64,000 bases of DNA from Podarcis pityusensis (GCA_964106645.2 OZ067043.1), one strand, 5' to 3'; positions 13,667 to 28,600 are shown, counted from the first letter of the stretch. Notes: a model not told the origin generated them from the sequence alone. Numbers and translations are program-made.

Positions 13667-16600
13667 GTAAGTATTCAAAAGCATCCCAACTGAGCATTGC
13701 CTTCTTAATTGGGGTAAGCCCATTCGTCTGGGGACATCTTGACCTGGTCTTGGGGCAGGGCCCATGTGAGAGAGGCTTGGCGGAGCAGACAGTCTGAAAT
13801 GGTTTCAAGTTGAACGCTGATCCCATGGGAATTATGGACATCAGGTTGTTCTGTGAAGGCAGTGAAACCTTTTCACTCCATGGACTGCATTCCTTTCTTC
13901 ACAGCCTTCCAGTGTTGTGCAGAGTTAGAAGCAAAAAGTGGGTGGAATGTTACCTTCACACAGTAGGAGTGTTTCTATAGACATATGTCCTTCTCTGTCC
14001 TCCATCTGTGAAAGCAATAAGCATTATCACTGCTCATGGACATAATTCTACCCAGGCAGAAGTATGCAAAGAGGATATAGAGAAGGAGGCTCTAAATATT
14101 TGGCCTTGAATTTGCCCTGATTTTTTGTTTGTGGCCCAGTTTAAATGGTACGTGTTGTACGATGTACTTGCATTATCAGGTCAGCTTTTAGCCAGTACGT
14201 GAAAGTATAACTATTTTCAGCCTAGTGCTTTGGTTTGGTTTTGGAACTTGGTGCTATTGAATTTTGCTAGTGTGTTGTAAAAAGCAGAAAAAGTTTGTTG
14301 TAGTAAGGCATTACAGAAGGAAAATTGGTTAATGTGTCAGGTTTCAAAATTGATTTATAAATATGAAAGACTTGTTTGGAAAACATGATTAATGCTTCTT
14401 TTAAAAAATACCGCCGGCCTGAAAGTTGAAAAGGCTGCACATTTTTGGACTGTATATAAAGTACTTTGGTTGGCAGATAAATATTAATTAACAGACATAA
14501 AAGACTCTAAACAGATAATAAACTGAAGGATCACTTCACTTACAGAATGCACATAAAATGATCTTTATATTTATTCTCTACCTTTACTAAAGAGAGTTGG
14601 CTATGGAAATAGTGACCTTTGCTGCAATTGTGTCTTGCAAATAATTATTGAGAGTCCCAGTGAATATTGGGCAGTGGGAAGCAGGTTTACTAAAAACAGA
14701 TGGCTTTTATATGGTCTTATAAAAGCATACTTCTGTTTAATAGCTCAGGACTTCCTGAATTACGCTGATAAGGCATTTGTTGGAATACAGTTACAGATTT
14801 AGTGATAAGTACGTTAGCTGTGTGTGGCTTTTAATTTTTAGAAGAATTAATTTTGTAGTGCAGTTCTGAGCGCATTCTCTGCCCATACCAACCTCACTTT
14901 GCCCAGCCTATTTTGAGCCAAGCTAGAAATAGCAGGGGGCTGTTCCTTATAGGAGTTACTATTTAAGTGTGTTTCCATACAGAGTACACTGGAAGCATTG
15001 AAAGGGGCTGTGCATTGATCACTGAATATAGTTAAGTTGTGAGTGGGCAGCTCACAAATACTGTGGGCACAAGCCATGAGTTCCAAATCAACAAAGGTGT
15101 GAAGAAGTCTGTTAGCCTTAACCACACTGCAGGCCTTTCTTTCACATGCTCTGGATGAGCAGCTCCAGCACTTCTTCACAAAATCACAGAAGAGCAGTGG
15201 AAGACTTAACACATTTGAGGTTCCATTGTGGAACCATAAGGACATAAGAAGAGCCTGCTAGATCCAGCCAATAGCCCATTTAGTCCAGCATATAGTGGCC
15301 AACCAGTGGCCTGTGGGGAATACTCTAGCATTCTCTCCTCTCCTCCCTCCTGTACTTAGTAACTGGACTAGAATGATTGCCATCTGGAAGGAAAGTTGTG
15401 TTAAACAGAGGATGTGACACAGGCATGGACAATGCCAAAGCAGGCAGAGATACTGTATTTTTTGCTCTATAAGACTCACTTTTTCCCTCCTAAAAAGTAA
15501 GGGGAAATGTGTGTGCGTCTTATGGAGCGAATGCAGGCTGCGCAGCTATCCCAGAAGCCAGACCAGCAAGAGGGATTGCTGCTTTCACTGCTCAGCGATC
15601 CCTCTTGTTGTTCTGGCTTCTGAGATTCAGAATATTTTTTTTCCTTGTTTTCCTCCTCCAAAAACTAGGTGCGTCTTGTGGTCTGGTGTGTCTTATAGAG
15701 CGAAAAATACGGTACTTATAGAGGGCTGTTTTAGTCAGGTTTTATTATTCTAGCCTGAAGCTGAGTACAGCCAGATTCCAGGAGCCCAGCAATCTATGGT
15801 TAATGTTAACTGGTTTGTCTGAAATCAGTCAACTTTGAACCAAGGGTTATGAAGCTGAGTTATTTCAATAAACCATAGTTAAGGTTAACCACCATTTAGG
15901 GTTTGAACAGAAGGCTAAATTGCAAGTAATCTAAACGAGAAGCAAACTGGAGAGAGGAGGAAACACATAAACCCAAGATTTGCACAGGCAACTTCCATCA
16001 TGGTTAACAATGATTTATCATGTTGACTAAACTCAACATTATTTGACTCAGTTTTTGTTCTCTGTGCCTTAATTGATTATGCTGGGTTGTTTTTTTTAAA
16101 GAAATCCTTAAGGGACATTTTCTTTATCTCAGTACACTGAGAGAAATTCTTATCACTGTAACATATTACTTGACAAGTCTAAGGTAGATTCATGAGTGTA
16201 ATATTTACATGGGTAAACCAACAGATCTATTTTTGAAGATCATTTACTTCATGAATGCGATAATTGCTTCAGAAGTGGTCTGGCTCACCTTTTTAAAATA
16301 GCTGCTTAAATATTTGCTATTGCAGTTCAGCTTTATCACAGCCTTTTCTTCTGTTTACATGCCCTCTCATGGGCTGTTAAGTTGTGAGATAAGGAGATTC
16401 CCATTCTGATCTTTCAAGTTGCTGGTGGAGTTGTATTTTCAAGAATACGAAACTGGATTTGGACTCAGCTTAATGGAATTTCAACAGTGTGCAAAGATGG
16501 CTGTAGAGATTTGGAAGGACTGAGTCTTACAGTTTTGGAGTATGTGTATTATACAAACAATTTTCTTAAGCACTCTTTAGAAATTAGTATTTGATTTGTA

Positions 16601-19600
16601 GGAATCCAAGTATGGGATAGGCTAGGAAGACTCCTTCTAACACAAGTATTATCAGGGCATACAATGACAAAACTATTATTTCCGTCACAAATCGCTGCAG
16701 TGAGTTAAATTCTAGTATAATTAAGTGCTGAGAGAATAAAATAGAACCCCTCCCCATTATCATAAAATTCTGTCCTGAGTTCCTAGTTATTCTCACTATT
16801 AAAAAATAAATAAGCATTTAAGAAGCCTTTGAGATTATACTTAGCACCATTCATGTTAATATAACACCAGATAAACAACATTTGTTTCATCCAGACATAT
16901 TGGAAAGTCTCCAGGTTAGTCAAATGGATAATGGTTTACTGTGTTTGCATTCCTTAAAAACAGGTGCATGCTTAAGTGCTTTCAGGATTAGAGCTCCATT
17001 ATTAGTTCATTATAACTATTTTAAAATAAAAGCCATGTTTAATATTTCAGTACTGTACTGCAGTATGCAGATAAAATATTAATTACAAGAATATGCCTTG
17101 CTATTAAAAAACAACAACTGGTTTTAGCATTTTAAATAAAATTGTTAATTTTGAATTAGTTTGTAATGTAGCTGCATTTACCCCAGGGAAAACACCTTTA
17201 TAGAAATTTAAACAAAGAATGGAAAAAAGGACAGGTCTTGTTACAACAACAGATGAGTGTCATTTTTATATACACATTCTCTTTCTTCACCCCCTATTTT
17301 CTAAAACTGAAACTGCATAGAAGAAGTTGATTTACTTTGTGAATAGAGGCTGAATGCAATCNNNNNNNNNNNNNNNNNNNNNNNNNNNNNNNNNNNNNNN
17401 NNNNNNNNNNNNNNNNNNNNNNNNNNNNNNNNNNNNNNNNNNNNNNNNNNNNNNNNNNNNNNNNNNNNNNNNNNNNNNNNNNNNNNNNNNNNNNNNNNNN
17501 NNNNNNNNNNNNNNNNNNNNNNNNNNNNNNNNNNNNNNNNNNNNNNNNNNNNNNNNNTCTTGCAAGCTAGGCAGGGAGCGAATTTCTCCATGGGGAAGAG
17601 ATCAAAGTGGGAGTCACAGTTCTGTTTTCTCCCTCTGGATGCAGTTTCGATCAGTTGTTCATTAAAGTGAATCCAGAAGGAAGGGTTTTCATATAGTATA
17701 GAAAAAGAAAGGGGGAAAGAAGAGGGTTGGGTAGTGGGAATGGATGATACTTTTTCTTGCAGCTGAAGTTAAGAGCACATTTTGATCATTTTTAATTGCA
17801 GAAACTATTTTCCACCAAAAAACTCCCCCCACCCCACCCCTGGATTGTTTGGGGATTTGTTACAGATACATTTTTTCAAGAGTTTTTATAGAGGACATGT
17901 TTTTAAACCTGCTTAGTTAATCAACATTCTTTGTTTGAAAAAGATGGAGGGACTAGTTAAACAACTCCCCAGTCCCTATTTAGAGTGCCTATATATTTTA
18001 TTTGTCTGGAGATCTAGAGTTCATCTTACATTTTTTGTGATTAGTATCTTAATCATTAGGAACACGTCAGGTTTTACGTTTAAGTGCTGTTATTGTATAC
18101 ATTTTAAGGATGGTGAAAAATAAAATCATGAAATTGCCAAATTGCCTGAAACAATTATTAGTACCATTAATAACATTAGTTGCTTTTAGATTTTAATGGA
18201 GGTGTTGTAAGCCATGGACACCATGCAGCAACTTCCAACGAGTACATCCTCCATTTTCTTTTATGCGGAAGGTATTTCTGGGCATGCACAATGGGGGGGA
18301 AATCCCTGTATTCATCTGGTGCATTTTCATTCTTAAGTTATAGTGGCGGCACCTCAGTGGGACTTACATCTGAGTAAACAAAGTTAACAAGGTTGTATGA
18401 AATGAGACTAATTTCCTTAAATTTTCCTTTCCTGTAATTCATATCCCTTCTGATTTTTTTATTTGGAAGGCAGAATGTAATGCAAGATGTTGGGAACAGA
18501 CCTGGATATGTTTAGACTATAGCAGAAATGAGTTAGTTTGGATGGTTTCTGCTAACTTAGGTACTGTGTAAAATTTACAGAAGGATTAGCATCAAGGCCA
18601 GGGGTCGGCAAGGTTTTCCTCGCCTGGGCCGGTTCACTCCAGAGGAGATCCCTCCGTGGGCCGGATTGCGTGCGCATGCCCACAATTTCCGGTGTCGGCG
18701 CATGCGCAGACGCAATTACCGGCACAGCGGAAGTGAGTCCCCGCACCACATTGTGCCAGTTTAGCGCAGCGCACAGGGACTCGCTGAGTGGGCGGTTCGG
18801 TTCGGGGGCGGCTCGTGAGCTGGTTAAACCACCTCTGTGGGCTGCTTGTGGGCCGTGGGCCTTAGGTTGCCTACCCCTGATCAAGGCTGTGCAAAGTTGC
18901 TAACAGGCCTAAAGCAGTGCCATAGCTACCGGGTTTTTTTTGTCTTGGGTGAACTTGGCTAGCTAGGTGTTTTGCCCTGGGTGAAGCCTCCAGAGGGGTG
19001 CTGTTGCAGCTTCCAGATTGTGTGTGTGTCCATGTGCGTCTGTGTGTGTCCTGTGTGTGTGTCCGTGTGTGTGCGCAAATGCACATGGAGGATGCCAAAC
19101 TGGGTCTTTGGCCCCAGGTGAAATAAAGCCTAGTTTCACCCCTGCCAAAAGATATGTAATAAAGGTGAAAGGTAAACCTCCCTTGGGGAGAGCATTCCAC
19201 AAGTGGAGACTCACCATAGAAAAGGCCCATTCTCATGTTGCCACCCTTTGGACTTCTCATAGAAGAGGCACACAAAGTAGGGCCTCAGATGATGATCGCA
19301 TCAATTCATATGGAGGAGACTGTCCTTGAAGTATTGCGATCCTGAGCCGTTTAAAGCTTTATAGGTTAAAACCAGCACTTTGAACTGGACCCAGAAACTA
19401 ATTGGCAGCTTTTGCAGTCAGGCCAGGATTGGCGTTATATGCTCAAACTGTCTTGTTCTGTTGAGCAACCTGACCACTGAATTCTGATCTGCTGAAGTTT
19501 CCGAACCATCTTCAGAGGCAGCCCCACGTATAATGTACTGCAGTAAAACGCTCTTCCCCTAATGCAAGCTCAAGGAAGAGTCCATATTTAAACAACAGAA

Positions 19601-22600
19601 CTAGTTTTTTTGTCTTATTAATTTTACTATTGCATTCATTTTAGGTTTGATGGAAACTTTAACACTAATGTGTCTAGAACAATCAGCTGCGATAGACTGT
19701 CTACCACTGTGAATAGCCGAGCGTTCAATCCTGGCCGTGACTTAAACTCTGGTAAGTAATGCATACTTGAGCATGTAACTTCTGCCTTTTGCTGCAGAAA
19801 ACCCACATCCAGCGCCACAGCAACCGCGTTTTATCTGATGCTGCCACACTGTTTTTAATTTCCAAAACTGAATGAGAGGAATACGTTTTCCTGCAATGAT
19901 GTTGATATTCCAATATACCATGTAATTGATAGGACTTTATATCAAACTTAATTTGTTTTCTGTGTAGCCATCTGCCCTGGCATCAGTAATGTCAGTTCTT
20001 CATAGTGACATTACAAAGGGGCCTCTTTGATCTTTTGAGTTCATCTAACATAGAGGTTCTGCAGCAAACTGGCATTAACTCTGATTTATGAAGATGCCCT
20101 GAAATACTTTGTTTCTTTGATGTGCTGTGGGGTTTCTATACTGGGGATTGACCCATTTGCTTGGCATGTTATAAAGCTGGAGGTGTGGTTGCTGTCTAAG
20201 ACTGCAAGACTTTTCACAAGAGATTGAGCCTTCGGTTAACACTACTTTATTAGCATTGTTTTCAAATGGAAATAAATTAGCTTTACTGTTTAGAAAAGGG
20301 GATGGGGTGGTGAGAAACCTTTTGTCATCCAGTGGTATATGTGGTGGGGGTTTTTTTATAGCATGGGAGGGTTCTGATTTGACTTAAACTCCTTTGCCCC
20401 CCCCCCAAATGAAAGGTACAGATTAAGGGGCTATAGAGGTCAAAACGAAGGTGTGTGTGTGGGTTTATAGGAGATGTGCAGTCAACTACAGATATAGGAG
20501 TGTGTGTGTTTGTATTATATCAGTAATGTAGGGGGTGCAGGGGTGTGATTTTTTTTACTGGAGAGGACTTTGTCCTACATTTTAAATGGAAAAGGACCAT
20601 CTCAGGAGAAGCTGCTGTGATTGTAACAAGCAGGGATCACTCTTCAGTTAGCAATTGCATTTTCTTTTCCTTGTTACAGTGGTGCCCCGCAAGACGAATG
20701 CCTCGCAAGACGAAAAACTCGCTAGATGAAAGGGTTTTGCGTTTTTTGAGTCGTTCCGCAAGACGAATTTCCCTATGGGCTTGCTTCGCAAGACGAAACG
20801 TCTTGCGAGTTCTTGCGAGTTCGTTTCCTTTTTCTTAAAGCTGCTAAGCCGTTAATAGCCGCTAAGCCGCTAAGCCGTTAATAGCTGCTAAGCCACTAAT
20901 AGCCGCTAAGCCGCTAATAGCCATGCTTCGCAAGACGAAAAAACCGCAAGACGAAGAGACTCGCGGAACGGATTAATTTTGTCTTGCGAGGCACCACTGT
21001 ACTTCTTCTCCACCCATTTTCTCTCATTGTCAGTCCTACAACTGATGATTTTGTAATGCTTGGAGTAAAGACAGGTGCAATTTGGTCCAACATCCAGCAA
21101 TGCAGGAATCTCAACTAGATCATACATGATAAATGGCCTTCCAACTTCTGCTTAAAAACCTCCAAGGAGGGAGACTTCACTACCTTTCCAAGGGGGTCTG
21201 TTCCACTCTAGAACAGCTCTTACTGTCAGAAAGTTTTTCCTGGTGTGTGAAATGGTATATGCTGGCATGGCTTCACAGCTGAAGGAACATACTCGTGAAA
21301 CTTGTATTTTTATATAGTGTATCTTGATTTCAGCAAGGCTTTTGACAAAGTTCCCCATTATATTCTTGTGGAGAAGCTGGTAAAATGTGGGTGGCCTTGT
21401 GGGGGTTTCTGGCCTTGTGGGGGTTTGGATTAGATGACTTGGGGGTCTCTTCCAACTCTACATTTCTATGATACCAGCATATCAAATACTAATTCAAGCC
21501 ATTGGCCTTCCCTCGCTCACTTGCTGCTGTTACATCTTTCTCTAGCTGGGGCGGGGGGCGGGGATAGCAGTGCACTGAAGCAGGCTGCCTGAGATGGAAC
21601 TAGCACAGCCTTCTTTTGTGTTTATTTCATTAACTTTTTCCAGGTAGAGGAGGTGGCACCAATGGTAGTGAGAGAAAGGGCAGAGTGCAGGGAGATGCAT
21701 GACCGATTGCTTGAACAAGTATTCAGCTTGCTGGTATGAACACCTGTCCATTCCACTGAGAAGCCAGGAAAGATCTGCCATGAATTCTGATTTTAATTCA
21801 CATCTGTCTTCACCTTTAGTTCATTTGCTGCTGTGTGGATATAGAGATTCTTTATGGACCCACTGCCATGTAGCTGATCCTTCCCGGGTCAACTCTTCAC
21901 TGTTGGTGGCTGTGTATTCTCAAAGGAGAACTATCGCTGCTGTCACTGCCATAATAGGCCACTATATCTGGTTCTCCTCTTGTTGGTTTAATATGGTAGA
22001 ATGCAGGAAGAGATATCCTAGGAGAGGTTATGCACCTTTTGAAATGCCTTTCAGCTGTCCCAGGAATCATCCATGCTACATACACTACAGCTTTGAGCTG
22101 AAAAGGTGGTTGAATGTTAACGAACATAAAAGGCAAATGTGGCTGGTTTCCTTCCCTTCCCTTTTCCTTTTCTGGCTGTCTGATTTATCCCTTGTGGGCC
22201 ATGTGGGTTTCCATTTACAATGAATAATTATTATTTTGAGTTTAAGTCAGGAATCATATAAGTGAAGATATGGTATTAAAGAAAACACCCAGCCAGATTT
22301 TAAATTTAGGCCCCTAATGTTCTTTAGGGAATTGCAGCATAGCTATAAAAGAATGCTGGTGCTGATGATTCTCTTCCCTATATATGCCAGGGAGTGTCAT
22401 GTAGGAGCTCACTTTTTTGTGAGTTTAGACTATAATCCTTTGCACTTCCTGGAAAAACAAACAAACAAACAAACAAACAAACAAACAAACAAACAAACAA
22501 ACAGTAAAGCTTCCAGCAAATTAAGGCGAAACATTACAAAACTACTCATCATTACTGATCTGTTTTGTTAAGGGATCGGGTCTGTAAAAACTCTTGAATA

Positions 22601-25600
22601 ATGTGGTTTCTATACAAATAGACAGATTATTCTTGATACCTAAACAGGTTTGCAGTTGATTGTAGCCTCAAAAGCCTTTCTTCCTTATCTTCATCTTCAG
22701 AAAGTTCTGATAGTTCTTTCCCTCCAGCTTGTTAGTTCATTCTGCCTTCCCTAGGGAGAGCTGCCAATTTTGCCATAACCCTGTGCTTATTTTTCTATGA
22801 CCACAGTGTACAATCTTCTGTGAGATAAGCAGGGACTACTTCAGCTGGAAAAATAAGCTTTCTAACCCCCCCTCCCACTTTCAGGTATCCTTTTATTTTT
22901 CATCCAGTAAAGCTGCAAGAATTCCCTGCTGAGATTTCTTAGTTTCTTCCTTGCTACAATCCCTAAGAGGTGTACTTTGGGGGTCTCCTTTTATCTTCTT
23001 TCCAAGCCTTTTACTCTTTAAAATGCTTTCCTTTTATGCCATGTTCCTATGTGAGGCTTGCTAAGATGGCATCCATGGTATATATCCTAGCATTTAAACT
23101 AAGTAAGCAGGTATCTCTCTTGTTTCTGGTGCCCAGATAGATTTATTTAAAGCACAGTAGCATTGTTCCATAATGCATTGTTCCATTTATCTCCTCAAGG
23201 TATTGGTTTAGCAAAAAATAACCACATTCCTGCTAACACATTCCCCCTACTAACTCCTATCCTAGAAAGAATGACCAATCACTTTTGTAAAATTCTGCCA
23301 TTCTGGAGCTGTGGTGCTTTTCCTGCAGAGTTGCAGTGAGCTGTTTAAAAGGGATCCTGAAAAACTTTTTGTGGAGGTAATCGGGTTTTCTGGAAGAGTA
23401 AAAGTGCCTTACTTCTAAGATTAGGAGCACCTGGAATTTGCAAGCCTGCTTTTCATGACTTTTTGGCTCCTCTGTTTATATCTCTCTCCCCTCCCCCCCT
23501 TTTTTAACCAATGTGTATTTATATAGCTGCTAAGCGAGGATCATTCGTGCATTTGATAAAATAAGCTTATATGTGAAAGCTTAGGCACCGCAAAACTCTT
23601 TCCTTGTCCCCCACCCCGCCCCTGCCCAGGAGTTAGGTAAAAATATTTGCCACATGCCCAGTAGCCGTCTCTTTATTCAGGGTTGAATCTTGGCACTGTG
23701 AAAAGGCAAAATCCTGAGGTCATCTCTTTAAGTGCAGGGTGTCCAGTAGATTTTAGCTACAGGCATGGGTGTGAACATTTAAGAGAGGCATACTGACAAT
23801 GCATGACTTTGGTGCAATGCTGTCAGCTTTGCAAAATCCCACACAAAGCCCTTATTAGTTCTTCATGATTAAAAATTACCTTAAAGGCGTGAAGCACGTA
23901 ACAGGAGACGGGCCCCTTGTGGAGACAACCTTAAAAAACTTCAGAGAGAATGCCAAAATGATAACGCTTGGCACTTATGGATAACACTTGCAAGATATAA
24001 AGCGTATTGGAATCATTAACTAATTAATCTTCAAGCATACTAAAAATGGAACATGATTACTCATTATGTAACAGTTACTTTAATAAGTCACATATTGAGT
24101 ATTAAAGTTGAGTGCCTTAGGCTAGAATGAGAGCAGCACCCTTTCCACATTATATATGTAATATGGCAGTCCTCTGTTGGAAGCTAAAAATAGATTCTCT
24201 CTCACCTCTCCCCCCCCCTTTATGTCAGTTTCCTCAACTGTGCCTTATGTGTTTTAGGCATCCTGAGGAATGGGGCGTTGAGAGGCAGGAATGTCACTTA
24301 ATGCACATCTAAAGTTCTTTAAGAAAGCGTTGGGGGACCCAACCAGCCAGATGGGTGGGATATAAATAATTAAATTATTACGATGGGATAAAAACCTCAA
24401 TCTGGATCAAATGTTTTGCAGTGCAACTTCTTTTATTGTACAGTTAAATTTCAGGTAATAAAAACAGCAAATTTAAAAAGTGTTCTCTCTATTGCTAGTG
24501 ATAACGATTTCCCACGGTAAAATATTTTATCGTCTTTTATCATTGCATAGTGCATGCCATCAATTGACACACACTGTTGTTTGGACAAAGCTTGCCTCCT
24601 TTTGAAAATCAGTCTGTGTTTATTGGTGGTTTTCTTTTTAACAGCTCTATATAGCTCTGCCTAAAAAGCTAACAATATGAAAGTATGACCCAATTACAAT
24701 TCAGTATCATTGTTGCCCATCATAGCACCAGACCCAGTCAGTTTTGCTAACTACGCAAAAACAATAAAAGTTCAGACTTAAAGTGAAACGTTTGTTGTTG
24801 TTGTTGCCTTGTAGGTAATAACTAGCTTTAGCCAAGTACAAATACATTGTAATTTTTCAACCTTTTCATTGCAGTAGAAGAGATGTACCATATTGACCTG
24901 AATATAAGCCACACTTTCCCCACAAATGTCAACTGTGAAAAGTGCAGCTTATATCCACGACCTTATGGTATGCACCCAGGACAACTTATATTCAGGTATT
25001 TTTCTTTTCTTTTCCCCCCTCCAATTTTTCAGGTGCGGCTTATATTCGGGCCAATACAGTATGTGAATCTGGTGACCCTTAGGGTAAGGTTACCAGACAT
25101 CCCCGTTTCCCAGGGACAGTCCCCAGATTTACAAATCAGTCCCCATACAAAATCCATTGAAGTTGAAAAGTGTCCCCGGATTCATTGAAAAAAATCTGGT
25201 AACCTTACCTTAGGGGAGAGTTTCAATTTGTTCTCTTGCCTGCAAGATACTTTATTCATGACTGCATCTTTTCTCTGCCCAGATTGTTTGCTGAAGTGCA
25301 AATTGGGAGTATTGTTTGTGTGTCTGACAATAGTAATGTGGGCCTCAGTTCTTCCCTAATTTTCATAGTTTTTTTCAATGTTTGTGCTTTAATCCTAAAG
25401 TTGGGAGCGTGGAGACTACTGTGCAGATGAACCCTGGCTTCATGTCTATTAATTTAAAGCAGTTCCATAGTGCAGTGAATTGAGTACGGTTCCTGATTCA
25501 ATCTCTTGGCATCTCCAGTTATGAAGGTGTTCAGGTAGCAGAACTGAGAAGGACCTTTGTGGAGGCCCCTGTAGAGCTAGTGTCAACCAGAGCAGATGGA

Positions 25601-28600
25601 GCTGGCCCAAAGGTACCAAAAGGTTTACTTGGCTTTGATAATCAGAGCTGGATTGAATGTTCGCATTTCTACTGCAAAAAATATCCCTCTGGTACCTGAA
25701 ATATCTCCTGAAATCCCAGATTGCTTAGCTCTGTTTGCCCTTGTTCTGCTATTTCTTCCCAAATCAGCAGGAGTTTTTTCTCATGGCTTTTTGCATGCAG
25801 ACAACATTATCCCAGAAACCGGAACACATAATCAGCTTGGTAGCATCATGGTGATTACATATATGTGATATATGTGATTACGTGATGCACATATGATATA
25901 TGTGATTACATGATGCTACCACAAAACCAGTTCCGATTGAGGGCAATGCTTCCTGCCCTCATTCTGAATGGACAAAATATTTTCACCCCTGTTTCCACTT
26001 CCTCATAATTCACTGAAAGGTGAGGTGCTTTTCACAGCTGGCAAGTGTTCACAGATGAAGCGTTCTCCCTGTGCTCTCCCTTAGTAAATAAATGTTATGG
26101 TGTATTGGGGAGCAAAACCTGTGTTTATGCACTTAATGATCAGGGCTGGTGCCTGGCTGGCCTGGCAGCCAGGAAGCTGGTGAGTGAGTGGTGCAAAGGT
26201 TTCAGCAAGATAAATCTGCTGGCAAGGCTCAGCACAGAGCAATTACTCCAGCAGACAGGTTTCTTAAATGTTGGGAGCAAATCCTGACTCAGCAATTGGG
26301 CAAGGCCAGCAGGGCTCCTTTTGAATGCCCAGATCCCCTGATCCAGCTGGGCCATCAAGTTGCAGAATACCTTCCAGCTGCTATTCAGAGTGGTGCTGCA
26401 AAGCAGCGAGGATCAGCCAGCAACTCTTTCTGTGGTGGTCCAGGGCTTAAGGTGCCAGGGCAATGCTGTTAGCTGTTTTGCTCTCAGCTGGCTGCTGACT
26501 TACAAAAATGAGGCTTAATAGTTTATGTTGCATATTAGTCGATAGTAGTCAATCTGCTTTGGAAGGTGGGGGAACCCCCAGAACAAATTTAGGAGGGAGC
26601 AGAGGGGGAGAATGTTCCACAGCACTATGAGATATCATTGAGCTCACGGAACATTCTCCTTAGCACTGCATTGAATACAATGCCTAGGAAGCATCAAATG
26701 ATGTCGTGTAGAGTTTCAGAATTGGCTGCACAATACAGCTACTACCCAGATTTCTTTCTGCCCTGGAACTGTATGATCAAGATGGTGCTATATATTGGCA
26801 TCCTGCTGTTCTCATCTAGCAGTGAAGATCACTTGTGTGGTTCCCCTTTGGAAGCCTAATACCAGACCAAAATAAACTGGTCCATTGCTTACTGTTAGCT
26901 TTAACAATGCCCATCCACTGCCTAAGAGATAATAAAAGCTTTCAAAGCCTTCGGGACATGTGTGTAGCTCTAGATCATTGTTCCTATGTTTTTTTATATT
27001 TTTATATTTGCATTTTGAAAACTGGCACCTGGAGTTTGCTAGTTTCATTGGAGATATTTGTATTCGAGGACGCTTGGTCCTTCCTTAAAAAAAAAGTCTA
27101 TTCAGTAACATTAACTTAGTATTGGTAGATTTGCTTGTTTAGGTTTAGCTGGGAACAGCCTTATCAGGGGTATACTGCAGTTCTCCTGTTTCCCTCCCAA
27201 TCTGTTTTTCTTTTAAAAAAAATAAATCCCCCAAAATGTAATTTAGCATAAGGAGCTGACATAGAGCTGGTGTTCTGACTTATTTGGTAAAATGTGTCTA
27301 ACAGCTGTTTCTTCTCCAAGCTTAAATACCGCCTGAAAATTTCAAGTCTCACTCCATAAATTAAAAATCTGCACTTGAAAAGCTGTCTATTTGAATAATT
27401 AAGAAAGTGCAGTCTGGGAGAGTAAGTGAGCATAGTCTAGTAACTTGAACTTGCAGCTAGGAGCAAATTCCCCAAGGCTTATATTACTTGCTTGGCTGCT
27501 TCACTCACTTTGAGCTTTTGGATAAGTTACTGCATTTCTCTGCACACAGCTCCATATTTGTAAGATGAGAACAATCCTGCCTCATTTGTGCGTTTGTGAA
27601 GGTGCTTTGAATGGAGTCGTGGTGGGGAGTCCTGGTATCTGCACCGTATTAGTACTATTCTCTTCATACTACACAGGCTTATCTAATATTAAGACTTTTT
27701 TTTATTCTATATAGGAAAGAGCATTTAGTATTTTTGGATTGTTTGAAGCTGAGGCTCACAGTCATGAAATAAAACCAGTTACTTAGAGCAGGGAAGTTCG
27801 CCTTCGTAGAAAAAGCAAAGCTAAGAGGTTTAAGGAAGAGCAGCATAGGTCCTGTTCTGCGAATTTTGGGAAAAGATTTGTGTTCAGGGAAAGAACAAGC
27901 ATGGTAACTATTAAAATGTGGCAGAGGAAGGAAAAGGAAGACAAGAGTCATACAGTGAAAATATATACAGTGGTAGCTCGGGTTACATACGCTTCAGGTT
28001 ACGTACTCTTCAGGTTACACACTCCGCTAACCCAGAAATAGTGCTTCAGGTTAAGAACTTTGCTTCAGGATGAGAACAGAAATCGGGCTCCGTTGGCAAC
28101 AGGAGGCTCCATTAGCTAAAGTGGTGCTTCAGGTTACGAACAGTTTCAGGTTAAGTACGGACCTCCGGAACAAATTAAGTACTTAACCCGAGGTACCACT
28201 GTATTGTTGTAAACACGCTCTTAAAGTGATATAATTAACTCAGTGGAAGAGAACAAGTTCAGTTTACAGTGAAGTCTCATTATATCATGGGTTAAAGTGA
28301 GACTTGCATGTGCTGGGAAGCATGGAAACAGTGTGAAGGAATGGGACCTGCTACAAAACGTTGCAGTATATCTTCACATCTTTCCCCCACCCACCCGAAG
28401 AACACCAGGAGAGAACTTCTGGTGCAGGGTTTCAGTCAGCAATGTTTCTTCTGTACCAGAGATGGGGAACTTGTGGCTTTCCAGAAGATATTGTTAGATT
28501 CCAGTTCCCATCACCAGCATGGTCAGTGGTCAGGAATGAGTCTGCTATAGGTCTGTAGTTCTACCTGGACTATAGATTTCATAGCTCTGTGGGGCTGAGG

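Noticed and set aside
15790-16030. Loosely palindromic AACCA/TGGTT-rich segments (also about 37980-38280 and 57330-57560)
   Set aside because: Probably decayed palindromic DNA repeats; ends and TSDs could not be defined.
17301-17665. ORFs with X runs, and a possible exon hidden in the first gap
   Set aside because: These are artefacts of Ns; the exons at 13666 and 19645 join in frame with no missing peptide.
20836-20922. Short regular repeats in MITE A resembling a CRISPR or iteron array
   Set aside because: Vertebrate intron, no unique spacers and no cas genes; it is an internal TE minisatellite.
21699-22223. 174-aa plus-strand ORF
   Set aside because: No recognisable homology, not needed for the CACHD1 frame and no clear splice signals.
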